Assembly: GCA_964400815.1 (NCBI GenBank)
Contig: CAYNWJ010000001.1
Span: 7,757 to 46,837, forward strand
Direction: 5' to 3'
Source: an uncultured bacterium
Lineage (GTDB): Bacteria; Latescibacterota; Latescibacteria; Latescibacterales; Latescibacteraceae
Length of the DNA: 39,081 nucleotides
Below the pieces are notes generated by a model that ran no database searches, was not told the origin of the DNA, and saw only the letters and a list, made by a program, of their open reading frames with translations. Both the position numbers and the translations under genes were made by a program. Of the stretch, positions 27,023 through 35,464 are shown in pieces; position 1 is the stretch's first letter; every line of letters starts with the position of its first letter.

Positions 27023-27589
27023 ATGCTGAACACGTTCTACCGCGGAGAAGCCGCAACCCGCAAAGTCTTCAGGAGCGACGGCTCGGAGCTCGATCCCGGC
27101 CCGTCACTTGAAATCTGCAATCACAGCCCCGACGGGTTCGCATGGGGATATTCCGGCTCCGGCCCCTCGCAGTTGGCACTGGCGATCCTGTTCGATATTC
27201 TCGGCGATGTGGCCGCGCCCGAAAAGGTGAGAAGGCAGATCGCCCTCGAGGGTCATCATGAGTTCAAAGGGAAGTTCCTTGTCGATCTTGAACACGACAA
27301 GGATTTCCGCATTCCGGCAGCATCAGTCACGAGCTGGCTCGTCAGGAGGAAGTTCATCGAATGTCCCGCATGGACTGCCGTCCTGCTTTATCCAGACTGG
27401 TGCGCTCAGGACTACGGCGCCGACCTGTACATCGGCACGGCGCACTGCCGGGACCCCAAGGACGCCCCGGAGTTGGTTGCTGAATACGCATCACACGCAA
27501 ACGAATGGCTGATACCGGCCGACGACTACCGGGCTATCCTCGTTCTCGAGGGGATGCCGAAGATTGCATTGACCGCACTCGAGATGTGA
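27023..27589 (+). CDS. DUF6166-like domain protein with second C-terminal module
   Basis: NHSPDGFAWGYSGSGPSQLALAIL motif (DUF6166 as recalled). Confidence 0.7.
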   Translation: MLNTFYRGEAATRKVFRSDGSELDPGPSLEICNHSPDGFAWGYSGSGPSQLALAILFDILGDVAAPEKVRRQIALEGHHEFKGKFLVDLEHDKDFRIPAASVTSWLVRRKFIECPAWTAVLLYPDWCAQDYGADLYIGTAHCRDPKDAPELVAEYASHANEWLIPADDYRAILVLEGMPKIALTALEM

Positions 27590-27634
27590 CCCCCCCCGCC
27601 GGCCAGGGCAAATAGGCCGGCCTCCTTGCTGAAT

Positions 27635-27669
27635 GAAGGGGCGTCCGACTCTCTCCGGGCGCCCTTTCT
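27635..27669 (+). terminator. Probable intrinsic terminator
   Basis: GGGCGTCCG / CGGGCGCCC stem + TTTCT; a second hairpin GCCGGCC/GGCCGGC lies just upstream. Confidence 0.55.
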
Positions 27670-27692
27670 GATAGTGTAAAATATTTTATAAA

Positions 27693-27739
27693 TCTTGCAA
27701 ATAATACTTGACAATGGTACACTACAAGATTACGTTACG
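27693..27739 (+). promoter_or_regulatory. Sigma70-type promoter P2 (45/47 identical to P1)
   Basis: TTGACA (27708) -17 bp- TACGTT (27731). Confidence 0.8.
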
Positions 27740-27788
27740 CGCACAAATTAAACACAACTATAACAAACAGTTATCAAGGAGTGAGAAG

Positions 27789-27935
27789 ATGAAGACAACC
27801 CTGAAAAAAGGCCAAAAGATCAGAACCAGATACGGCGACATCAGGACCGTCCGCTCGGTGAATGACTGTCAGGTGTTCGTCGAGGAGGAGAACAACCGCT
27901 GGTATCATCCCACGAAAGTTTTCGCAATCAGATAA
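27789..27935 (+). CDS. Small basic hypothetical protein (48 aa, SH3/KOW-like)
   Basis: AAGGAG RBS; MKTTLKKGQKIRTRYGDIRTV. Confidence 0.6.
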   Translation: MKTTLKKGQKIRTRYGDIRTVRSVNDCQVFVEEENNRWYHPTKVFAIR

Positions 27936-27970
27936 ACCCGCAACCAGAACCCACGGCAAGGAGAGAGAGA

Positions 27971-29149
27971 ATGACACAGGTTGCCGAAACAAGGGTTGTC
28001 CGATATGAGGGCGTCCCGTATTTCGAGGAGCACCTGAAGCAGATCAACGTCGATCAGCTTCGCCGCATGGCCCGGGACTTCTACGAGGATGGCTCGGAAG
28101 TCCGGCAGAACATCGCGTTCATGAAGAAAACGCAGCTTGTGAACGCCCTGCTCGACGCTGGAGAGAAGTGGCGGGCGGAGGCGGTTCCCGCCGGGCAGCC
28201 AGCCCCCGCTCCGGGCGGCAATGGAAACGGAGGCGGCGGAGACCTCGCCGATGCTATCGCCCGGGCGATCGAGGGCAAGGTGAAGGCGTCCGGGATCGAC
28301 GAAGAGAAGGTTCGGGAGATCGCATCGGAAACCACGACGACGATGATGCAGGAAGTTGTCGAGGAGATCAAGAAGCGCCGCGCCCCGAAAGAGATCGTCG
28401 TTGTCACCCCCGACCAGAAGAAGCTGGAGATCGGTGTCCAGCACAAACAGTTCGAGACGCTGCTCAAGCTGGCGCAGCTCAGGATGAACAGCTTCCTCGT
28501 CGGCCCCGCCGGTTCCGGCAAGACCCAGGCGGTCGAGAACATCGCCAAGGCCCTCGAGCTCCCGTTCTACATGGTGAGCGTCGGGCTCCAGACGACGAAG
28601 ACCGACCTGCTCGGGTACATGGATGTCCGCGGTCAGTACGTGGCGTCCCACCTGAGACGGGCGTATGAGCAGGGCGGTGTGTTCCTCATGGACGAGATCG
28701 ACGCCGGAAACCCCAACGTCCTGACCGTCATCAACGCCATGACCTCGAACAGTGTGGCGGCATTCCCCGACAAGATGGTGGCGAAACATGCCAACTTCGT
28801 CTTCATGGCGGCCGGCAACACGTTCGGGCATGGAGGCGACATCCAGTACGTCGGCCGGAACCAGATCGACGCGGCGACCCTCGACAGGTTCGTGGTCGTC
28901 AGGTTCGAGTACGATGAGGACCTCGAGTCCACGTTCACCGGCAATACCGAATGGCTGGCGATGGTCCGCTCGGTCAGGAGGGCCGCGGCGAAGCTCAGGG
29001 AGAAGCTGATCGTATCGCCCAGGGCGGTCATCAAGGGCGACGCCATGATCGCCAACGGGTTCAAGCCGGACGAGTGTCTGGAGATGCTGGTGTACCGCGG
29101 CATCTCGAAGGACATCCGGGACCGGGTCGAAGCCGAAAGGAGGTCGTGA
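27971..29149 (+). CDS. MoxR/CbbQ/CobS-like AAA+ ATPase
   Basis: Walker A GPAGSGKT, Walker B FLMDEID, AAGNT sensor 1, NQIDAATLDRF arginine finger, SPR. Confidence 0.9.
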   Translation: MTQVAETRVVRYEGVPYFEEHLKQINVDQLRRMARDFYEDGSEVRQNIAFMKKTQLVNALLDAGEKWRAEAVPAGQPAPAPGGNGNGGGGDLADAIARAIEGKVKASGIDEEKVREIASETTTTMMQEVVEEIKKRRAPKEIVVVTPDQKKLEIGVQHKQFETLLKLAQLRMNSFLVGPAGSGKTQAVENIAKALELPFYMVSVGLQTTKTDLLGYMDVRGQYVASHLRRAYEQGGVFLMDEIDAGNPNVLTVINAMTSNSVAAFPDKMVAKHANFVFMAAGNTFGHGGDIQYVGRNQIDAATLDRFVVVRFEYDEDLESTFTGNTEWLAMVRSVRRAAAKLREKLIVSPRAVIKGDAMIANGFKPDECLEMLVYRGISKDIRDRVEAERRS

Positions 29150-29976
29150 TGGAACGAAAGATCAAGAATAAGACGCTGATGCTCGAGTTCACTCCCGATG
29201 AGCTGACACAGTACATCAGGGCGTATGACAATCCGAGGTCATATGCAATGACATACAATGATCGAGGCTACTGCCGGTATTCATGGAAAGACGCAGTCCG
29301 GTTTCTGAATGAAGGCTGGCAAGAAGGCGTTCAGAACATGGATGTCAAGATCGGCTCGATCGAGACTGGTGAAGGCGAAGCCCCGAAGGCGTCCCTTGAG
29401 CGCGATCTGACCGGTGACTTCTTCGATGCAGGGCTCGTCCTCTCGGGCGAGCCTGAATGTTGGTACAGCATCACCCAGGAGCCGCAACCCCGAGAGGAGC
29501 TTACGGTCGTTGTGAACCTGCCGTACTCGTCCGGTGTTAATCAGGACCACGTTGTCATGCGCGGGGCGGTGATCGCAAAAGTCATCGATGTTCTCAGGCG
29601 GAAGTATTACGTCAAGCTTCTGATGGTGAGCTACAATTCCTATAACGGCAAGGCTTTTTATGTCGGCAGCAAGAAATTCTCGAGCATAGAGTATTCTGTC
29701 ATGGTCGATACTCAGAACTACTACAGCCGATCGCTGGTGGCGTTCCTTGTGGCATGTCCAGCCCAGCACCGGCGGTTGTTCCTTGGGATGCTCGAGAACG
29801 AAACTGGTAAAAACGAAGCTGGTCAAGGATATGGCAGTCCAGGTAACACGCATCGCCGTTTCGAGAGTGCCCTTGTCTTTCCGCAAATCACAACCGATAA
29901 CGAACATGAATATAGTTCAATCGACACCGCCCGCCGGAAAGTCGAGAGCATCCTGAAGCAGTACGAGAAGAAGTGA
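29149..29976 (+). CDS. vWA-like partner protein of the AAA+ ATPase
   Basis: TGATG coupling to the ATPase; 'LSGEPECW', 'LTVVVNLPYSSGV...RGAVIAKVIDVL', 'GYGSP' degenerate vWA-like pattern. Confidence 0.6.
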   Translation: MERKIKNKTLMLEFTPDELTQYIRAYDNPRSYAMTYNDRGYCRYSWKDAVRFLNEGWQEGVQNMDVKIGSIETGEGEAPKASLERDLTGDFFDAGLVLSGEPECWYSITQEPQPREELTVVVNLPYSSGVNQDHVVMRGAVIAKVIDVLRRKYYVKLLMVSYNSYNGKAFYVGSKKFSSIEYSVMVDTQNYYSRSLVAFLVACPAQHRRLFLGMLENETGKNEAGQGYGSPGNTHRRFESALVFPQITTDNEHEYSSIDTARRKVESILKQYEKK

Positions 29977-30009
29977 AACCCGCAACAGAGAGAGAAAGGA
30001 GAGAGAATT

Positions 30010-30201
30010 ATGATTCTTTGCCGTGGCAGGAACGGCTGGTTCAAGTATGACCGCCACAAAGTCGTCGTTGGAGATGATACAGAAGGCGCCGTCGTAATCG
30101 ACCTGTACTCGAAAAGGAAGCCGAGAACGCCGCCGGTCATCATCTGCGGACACAGGCCCGATGTCAAAAAGCTGCTGACAGACATGCTCGAAAAGCTGTG
30201 A
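30010..30201 (+). CDS. Small hypothetical protein
   Basis: AAAGGAG RBS with the repeated leader motif. Confidence 0.6.
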   Translation: MILCRGRNGWFKYDRHKVVVGDDTEGAVVIDLYSKRKPRTPPVIICGHRPDVKKLLTDMLEKL

Positions 30202-30238
30202 ATCCCAAAACACCCTCGACAGGAGAAAGGAGCTTACA

Positions 30239-31201
30239 ATGCGAACCACGCAAACCCTCGGAGAAGCCAAGGCCCATATCGACGCTGTTTCCCGGTGGAA
30301 CCATGACGAACTGATGAAGGTGGAGGAGCTGAGAGTCCAGCGGCTCGACACGCTGGTGAGAAGCGAGCTCGCTGGTCTTATCCCGAAGGCGACGCACCGC
30401 ATGACCGAGCACGCCCAGCGCCAGCTCTGCACCCGTCTCGGCGTCCCGTTCGCCTACATGGACAAGTGCCCCGAGTTCCTCCAGCAGGACAACATGAACT
30501 ACTGGCTTCCGAAGGAGCGGAACGAGGAGTACTTCGTCCGGCTGAACGGCGCCGATGACATCCGGGCGATATTCACCCCGCGCTACGTTCCGGTGGACAA
30601 TCACGAGATCGTGAAGCGTCTGCTGGAGATCGGCTACAACCGGGACACGGAAGTCTGCCTGAGCATGGATGATGGCTTCATGGCTATCGACATCCCGGAC
30701 CCGGACAGCAGTTTCCTCCTCAACGGCAACGACAGGTTTCAGCACGGCATCAAGATCACGAACTCGGAGATCGGCATCAGCTCGCTCCGGGTGGAAGCCT
30801 GGGTGCTCAGGCTCGTCTGCATGAACGGCCTCGTCGCCCGGAGGATCACCGGGAGCTTCGTCAGGCGCCACGTCGTCACCGGCCTCGTTGACGGGCTGCC
30901 GGTGCTCATCGACGAGGTGAAGAAGTCCCGGGAGTACCTCGAGGAAGCCTTCCACCGCTCCCTGAAGATCGTCGTCAAGGACCCGGAGGAGACGTTCGAC
31001 ACCCTGAACCGGCGGCACTCCCTGTCCCCGAAGCTCAGGGATTCTGTTGCCGTCGTCCTGGCGGGATCGGAGATCGGAACCCTGTTCGATGTCGTCCAGA
31101 CCTACACCCGGGCGGCGCACACCGGCACCCTGAGTGCGGACGAGAAGTACCGCCTCGAGGAAGTCGGCGGAATGATCCTCACATCCGGCCGGGCGGCGTA
31201 A
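30239..31201 (+). CDS. DUF932-family phage/plasmid protein
   Basis: QLCTRLGVP..Y, IRAIFTPRY..VDN, GIKITNSEIG.SSL, LRLVCMNGL. Confidence 0.8.
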   Translation: MRTTQTLGEAKAHIDAVSRWNHDELMKVEELRVQRLDTLVRSELAGLIPKATHRMTEHAQRQLCTRLGVPFAYMDKCPEFLQQDNMNYWLPKERNEEYFVRLNGADDIRAIFTPRYVPVDNHEIVKRLLEIGYNRDTEVCLSMDDGFMAIDIPDPDSSFLLNGNDRFQHGIKITNSEIGISSLRVEAWVLRLVCMNGLVARRITGSFVRRHVVTGLVDGLPVLIDEVKKSREYLEEAFHRSLKIVVKDPEETFDTLNRRHSLSPKLRDSVAVVLAGSEIGTLFDVVQTYTRAAHTGTLSADEKYRLEEVGGMILTSGRAA

Positions 31202-31217
31202 AGGAGGTGGTACGAAC

Positions 31218-31442
31218 ATGCCTTTCCAGGAATTGTCCTACGAAGAAATCCAGACCATGCGCAAGAAGATCGGCGTCACCGTCACCGCTTTCTGCGAAGT
31301 GCTTGGCGTCAGCAAATCGACGTACTATTCATGGAGCCAGCCGGGACGCCAGCCGAAAGGTTCGACGCTCCGGCTGCTGAACTTCATGATAGTGAACCCC
31401 GAAAGGGCGTATTGGGACTTGAAGCTGGGGGTGATAGAATGA
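31218..31442 (+). CDS. Small XRE/Cro-type HTH regulator
   Basis: IQTMRKKIGVT.TAFCEVLGVSKSTYYSW...RQPKG..LRLL; AAGGAGG RBS. Confidence 0.85.
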   Translation: MPFQELSYEEIQTMRKKIGVTVTAFCEVLGVSKSTYYSWSQPGRQPKGSTLRLLNFMIVNPERAYWDLKLGVIE

Positions 31443-31660
31443 AAGCAACCGCAACCGAGAAACCGATACAGAGACTGTCCTGCTGCTGTTGCGGCGAATA
31501 CACCAGAGGGCGGCAGTGGTGGAACCGGGACACCGGATTCGGGCTCTGCCCGGAGTGCGCCGAGTGGATCAAGACGAAAGGATGTTACTCCGACGAGGAG
31601 TTCAAGAGCATCTACGGCATCGATGGTGTCCATTACAATGTTGAAGGAGGCCGGCGATGA
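31439..31660 (+). CDS. Small Cys-rich (zinc-finger-like) protein
   Basis: CCCCG...GRQWWNRDTGFGLCPEC; ATGA overlap. Confidence 0.7.
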   Translation: MKATATEKPIQRLSCCCCGEYTRGRQWWNRDTGFGLCPECAEWIKTKGCYSDEEFKSIYGIDGVHYNVEGGRR

Positions 31661-32049
31661 AGAAGGAGCACAGCTTTATGTCGGCCGACAGGTATCTGTT
31701 CGACTTCAGGCTTTGCCGGGTGTCGGACGGATGGGCTCAGATCGACACGTCACAGGACGCCTCGTACTACGGCCAGTGGGCGAACCCGTTCACGCTCGAG
31801 ATCGTCAGCTATGTCGAGGGAGATGTCTACCGCAATACGGCCGAGAGTCCCGAAGAATTCGTCGCGGAGCTCCGAAGCATCAAGGCATGGACTATCGAGC
31901 GTGGACACCGGTTCATCGGGATCGACCCCGGCCTGCTCGAACAGCCGAAGAAACGGCTGGTTGAACTCGGACTCGGCGATTTGATGGGATATGCCCCTGA
32001 GCCAGCCGCAAAACATGCACAAGTGGGAGTGGAATCAGGAAAAACGTAG
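31657..32049 (+). CDS. Hypothetical mobile-element protein
   Basis: AAGGAGG RBS, ATGA overlap; 'DRYLFDF...GWAQIDTSQDASYYGQWANP...SYVEGD' looks conserved. Confidence 0.7.
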   Translation: MKKEHSFMSADRYLFDFRLCRVSDGWAQIDTSQDASYYGQWANPFTLEIVSYVEGDVYRNTAESPEEFVAELRSIKAWTIERGHRFIGIDPGLLEQPKKRLVELGLGDLMGYAPEPAAKHAQVGVESGKT

Positions 32050-32065
32050 CTGTTACCGTAGCTGT
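32045..32065. repeat. Tandem 9-bp direct repeat CGTAGCTGT (candidate integrase arm-type sites)
   Basis: CGTAGCTGT at 32045 and 32057, ~50 bp inside the prophage from the tRNA 3' end. Confidence 0.55.
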
Positions 32066-32071
32066 AAAAAA

Positions 32072-32110
32072 TAAATAAGGGCTTTCGCTATTAGCGTAAG
32101 CCCTTATTTA
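32072..32110. terminator. Long inverted repeat / bidirectional terminator downstream of tRNA
   Basis: TAAATAAGGGCTT...AAGCCCTTATTTA outer stem with inner CGCTA/TAGCG. Confidence 0.75.
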
Positions 32111-32116
32111 TATTAA

Positions 32117-32201
<85 letters not shown>

Positions 32202-32224
32202 ACACTCTCGTGTCAGAGATTTCT

Positions 32225-32253
32225 AATATAACATTCCGACGCACGCCGCGCAA
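32225..32253 (-). promoter_or_regulatory. Probable tRNA promoter
   Basis: Minus strand TTGCGC -17 bp- TATATT just upstream of the tRNA. Confidence 0.55.
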
Positions 32254-32362
32254 GCCGCTTTTTGCGTTGTGCGCATGAAAAAGGAGCGGCGGACCCCGGT
32301 GCGTCATCGTCGTCATCGTCCACGCGCCGCCGGGATCCGCCGTTCTCATGTGATGAGCGCCG

Positions 32363-35300
32363 TCATGCCTTCTTCTGGCGCTTTTCCTCGAAGTATTCCT
32401 CCCCGCGGCCGAGGATCATGTACATGCTTGGGACGACCACGAGGGTGAGGACGGTCGACACGGCCAGGCCATAGATGATGGCGATGGCCATGGGCCGCCA
32501 CCACTGGGCCGAGGAGCCGCCCGCCGCCAGGCCGAAAGTGTGGACATCGAAGGACCAGCCGGTGGCGAGGGGAATGATGCCGACGATGGTGGTGATGGCG
32601 GTGAGCATCACGGGTCGGAAGCGTGTTTTGCCCGCCTCGATGATGGCGTCGAACTTGGAGCGGCCCCAGGACCGGAGTTTCATGGTGTAGTCGAGGAGGA
32701 CGATGGCGTTGTTGACAACAACGCCCGCGAGACTGATCACGCCCACGCCGGTCATGATGATGCCGAAGGGAATCTTCGAGATCATGAGCCCCATGAGCAC
32801 GCCGATGAGCGAGAGGATCACGCTCGTCATGATGATGAAGGGCAGCACGATCGAATCGAACTGGCTCACCAGCACCATGGCGATGAGGAAGAGCGCGATT
32901 ACCATGGCCTGCGAGAGGAAGTCGGCGGCTTCCCTGGAGGCCTCGTCCTCGCCGCGATAGGTGATCCGGTAGCCGGGAGGCAGCTCATAGTCGGCCAGGC
33001 GGGCGCGGATGTCGTTGAGGATGTCGCTCGCCAGACGGTTGTGGTTGCTGCCGGTGATGGTGACCACGCGCTTGAGGTCGGACCGGCGGATGGTGCCGAA
33101 ACCGGCGGCGGTGCCGAACGACGCCACGCTGGACAGGGGGATGTTCCGCCCCTCGCTGAAGATATAGATCTTGTCCAGGTCTGGGATGGCGTTCCGGTGC
33201 TCTTCGGGGAAGCGGACGGTGATGTCATAGTCGTCGTCCTCCACCCGGAAGTCCCCGGCGTCAAAGCCGTTGACGGCGTTGCGGACGGCCATGGCGATGT
33301 CGCTTGTGCTGACGTCCAGGACGGAGGCCATCTCGCGGTCGACATCAATGCGGATTTCGGGTTTGGAACTCTCGAAATCGTCGGTGAGGTCCACGAGGCC
33401 CGGGATGTCCTGGATGGTCAGGCGCACGTCCTGGGCGATTTCGCCGAGGAGCAGGAAGTCCTCGCCGGCGATCTGGATCTCCACGGGTTCACCCACGGGC
33501 GGGCCGTTCTCCTCCTTTTCGACGGAGACCTCGGCGCCGGTGACCACCTGGATGTCGTCCACCGACTCGCGGAAGGTCTTGAGAGAAGACTGGCTCCGGT
33601 CCTCGAAATCCAGGAAATCCAGATAGATACGCCCTTCGTTCGGGGTGGAGATGTCGCCGCTGAAGGCATCTGAGCTGGCCGAGACGCCCACGTTTGTGAG
33701 AATGGACTCGATGTCGGGGATATCCTTCGCCACGTCCTCCAGCCGGCGGGCGATGTCGTCGGTGGCTTCGATCCGGAGGCCGGTGGGACCCTCGATATTG
33801 ATCCACATGCTGTCCGGGTCGGTCTCCGGGAAGAGCTCGACGCCCCGGCCGAGGAAGCTGTAGACGAAGACCGTGAGCACCAGCACACCCACCGCTGAGA
33901 AAAGGGTGGTCTTCGGATGGTGGACCGCCCAGGTGAGGATGTGTTCGTAATAGTCGAGGATCTTCGAGGGCTTTTCGCCTTTGGCGGCGTCATCGTCTTT
34001 GATCTTCATGAACCGCGCACAGAGCACGGGATTGATGATGATAGCCACAAAGAGCGACGACAGAAGCGTGATGATCACCGTCATGGGCAGATAGCTCATG
34101 AACTCGCCCATGATCCCCGGCCAGAACATCATCGGGGCGAAGGCGCAGACCGTGGTTACGGTGGATGCAGCCACGGCCATCGCCACCTCGTTGGTGGCGT
34201 CCTCGGCGGCCGTGTCGGCGTCCTTGTTCATGTGACGATGGCGGTAGATGTTCTCCACGATCACGATGGCGTTGTCCACGAGCATGCCCAGGGCCATGAT
34301 CAGGCTGAAAAGCACGATCATATTGAGGGTGATGCCCATGATGTTGAGCACGAGGAAGGTGATGAGCATGCTCAAAGGTATCGAGACCGCCACGAACAGC
34401 GCGTTCGTCACCCCGAGAAAGAGGAAGATGCAGAGCATCACGAGCAGGAAGCCGCTCACGATGTTGTTCTCGAGGTCGGCGACGATGGTCCGGATGAACT
34501 TCGACATGTCGTTGGTAATGTCGATGGTGGTGCCCTTCGGGAGTTCGGGCTTCTTCTCCTCGATGATGCGCTTGATCTCGTCGGCGATCCGGATGTTGTT
34601 CTCTCCGGCGCGCTTGGTGACGCCGATGGAGATGGACGGCCGCTCGTTGAACCGCGCGATGGTCGTCCGGTCCTTGAAGCCGTAATCGACCTCGGCCACA
34701 TCCCGGATGTAGACCGGCCCGTTTGGCGACGCGACCACCACGAGATCGTTGAAGGTATAGGGATTCTTGATCTCGCCGGGGACGCGGACGGTGTAGCTGA
34801 AGTCGCCGATGTCCATGGTCCCGCCGGGGATGGTGACGTGCTCGTTCATGACCGTGCTCGCCACCTCGAACATCGACAGATTGTAGTCCTTCAGCCGCGC
34901 GGGGTCGACATCGATCTGCACCTCGCGCTCAAGTCCCCCGGTGATCCGGGCTTCGAGAACACCGCTTATGGTCTCGAACTCGTCGGACAGGTTGTCCGCC
35001 ACCTCCTTGAGCTTCACCAGGTCGTAGTCGGCGGTGAGCACGATGTTGATGATGGGCATGTTCTCGAAATCGATCTCGGTGACCACCGGTTCCTCGGCGT
35101 CCTCCGGGAGGTCAGGCTGAGCGGCGTCCACCTTGTCCTTGACCCGCTGGAGAGCGAAGTCCAGGTCCACTTCGGGCTCGAATTCGATGGCGATGTTCGA
35201 GACGCTCTCGGACGAACTGGAACTGATCTCTTTCACATCCTTGATGTTTTTGAGCTCCTGCTCGATCTCACGGGTGATGAGGGTCTCGATGTCCTCGGGG

Positions 35301-35464
35301 GCCACGCCCGGATAGATGGTCGTCACGATCATGAAGGGTATCTTCACATCGGGCGCCGCCTCACGGGGCAGCGAGAAATAGCTCACCATCCCGGTGACCG
35401 CGATGAACGTGATCAGCACGAACACCGTGGTGTATTTTCGTATCGCAAAACCCGTAATACTCAT
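32363..35464 (-). CDS. RND efflux permease (AcrB/AcrD/AcrF family)
   Basis: 1033 aa; YPGVAPEDIE, GMLVDNAIVIVENI, GVVVNNAIVL.D, RFRPVMLT, LTLVVVP. Confidence 0.96.
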   Translation of the reverse strand: MSITGFAIRKYTTVFVLITFIAVTGMVSYFSLPREAAPDVKIPFMIVTTIYPGVAPEDIETLITREIEQELKNIKDVKEISSSSSESVSNIAIEFEPEVDLDFALQRVKDKVDAAQPDLPEDAEEPVVTEIDFENMPIINIVLTADYDLVKLKEVADNLSDEFETISGVLEARITGGLEREVQIDVDPARLKDYNLSMFEVASTVMNEHVTIPGGTMDIGDFSYTVRVPGEIKNPYTFNDLVVVASPNGPVYIRDVAEVDYGFKDRTTIARFNERPSISIGVTKRAGENNIRIADEIKRIIEEKKPELPKGTTIDITNDMSKFIRTIVADLENNIVSGFLLVMLCIFLFLGVTNALFVAVSIPLSMLITFLVLNIMGITLNMIVLFSLIMALGMLVDNAIVIVENIYRHRHMNKDADTAAEDATNEVAMAVAASTVTTVCAFAPMMFWPGIMGEFMSYLPMTVIITLLSSLFVAIIINPVLCARFMKIKDDDAAKGEKPSKILDYYEHILTWAVHHPKTTLFSAVGVLVLTVFVYSFLGRGVELFPETDPDSMWINIEGPTGLRIEATDDIARRLEDVAKDIPDIESILTNVGVSASSDAFSGDISTPNEGRIYLDFLDFEDRSQSSLKTFRESVDDIQVVTGAEVSVEKEENGPPVGEPVEIQIAGEDFLLLGEIAQDVRLTIQDIPGLVDLTDDFESSKPEIRIDVDREMASVLDVSTSDIAMAVRNAVNGFDAGDFRVEDDDYDITVRFPEEHRNAIPDLDKIYIFSEGRNIPLSSVASFGTAAGFGTIRRSDLKRVVTITGSNHNRLASDILNDIRARLADYELPPGYRITYRGEDEASREAADFLSQAMVIALFLIAMVLVSQFDSIVLPFIIMTSVILSLIGVLMGLMISKIPFGIIMTGVGVISLAGVVVNNAIVLLDYTMKLRSWGRSKFDAIIEAGKTRFRPVMLTAITTIVGIIPLATGWSFDVHTFGLAAGGSSAQWWRPMAIAIIYGLAVSTVLTLVVVPSMYMILGRGEEYFEEKRQKKA

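Larger units (their letters stand above)
1..32116 (+). mobile_element. Prophage (siphovirus-type, temperate), left part outside window; right end at tRNA-Tyr 3' end
   Basis: Co-oriented terminase-portal-head-tail-tape measure-lysis gene order with no sheath gene; phage genes stop right at the CCA end of a tRNA, and host efflux genes lie beyond. Confidence 0.92.

Noticed and set aside
26422-30009. Repeated leaders as integron attC sites or CRISPR repeats
   Set aside because: Not palindromic, no RYYYAAC/GTTRRRY pairing, irregular spacing, always fused to an RBS
31218-31442. HigA/MqsA-like antitoxin of a toxin-antitoxin pair
   Set aside because: No recognisable RelE/HigB-type toxin adjacent
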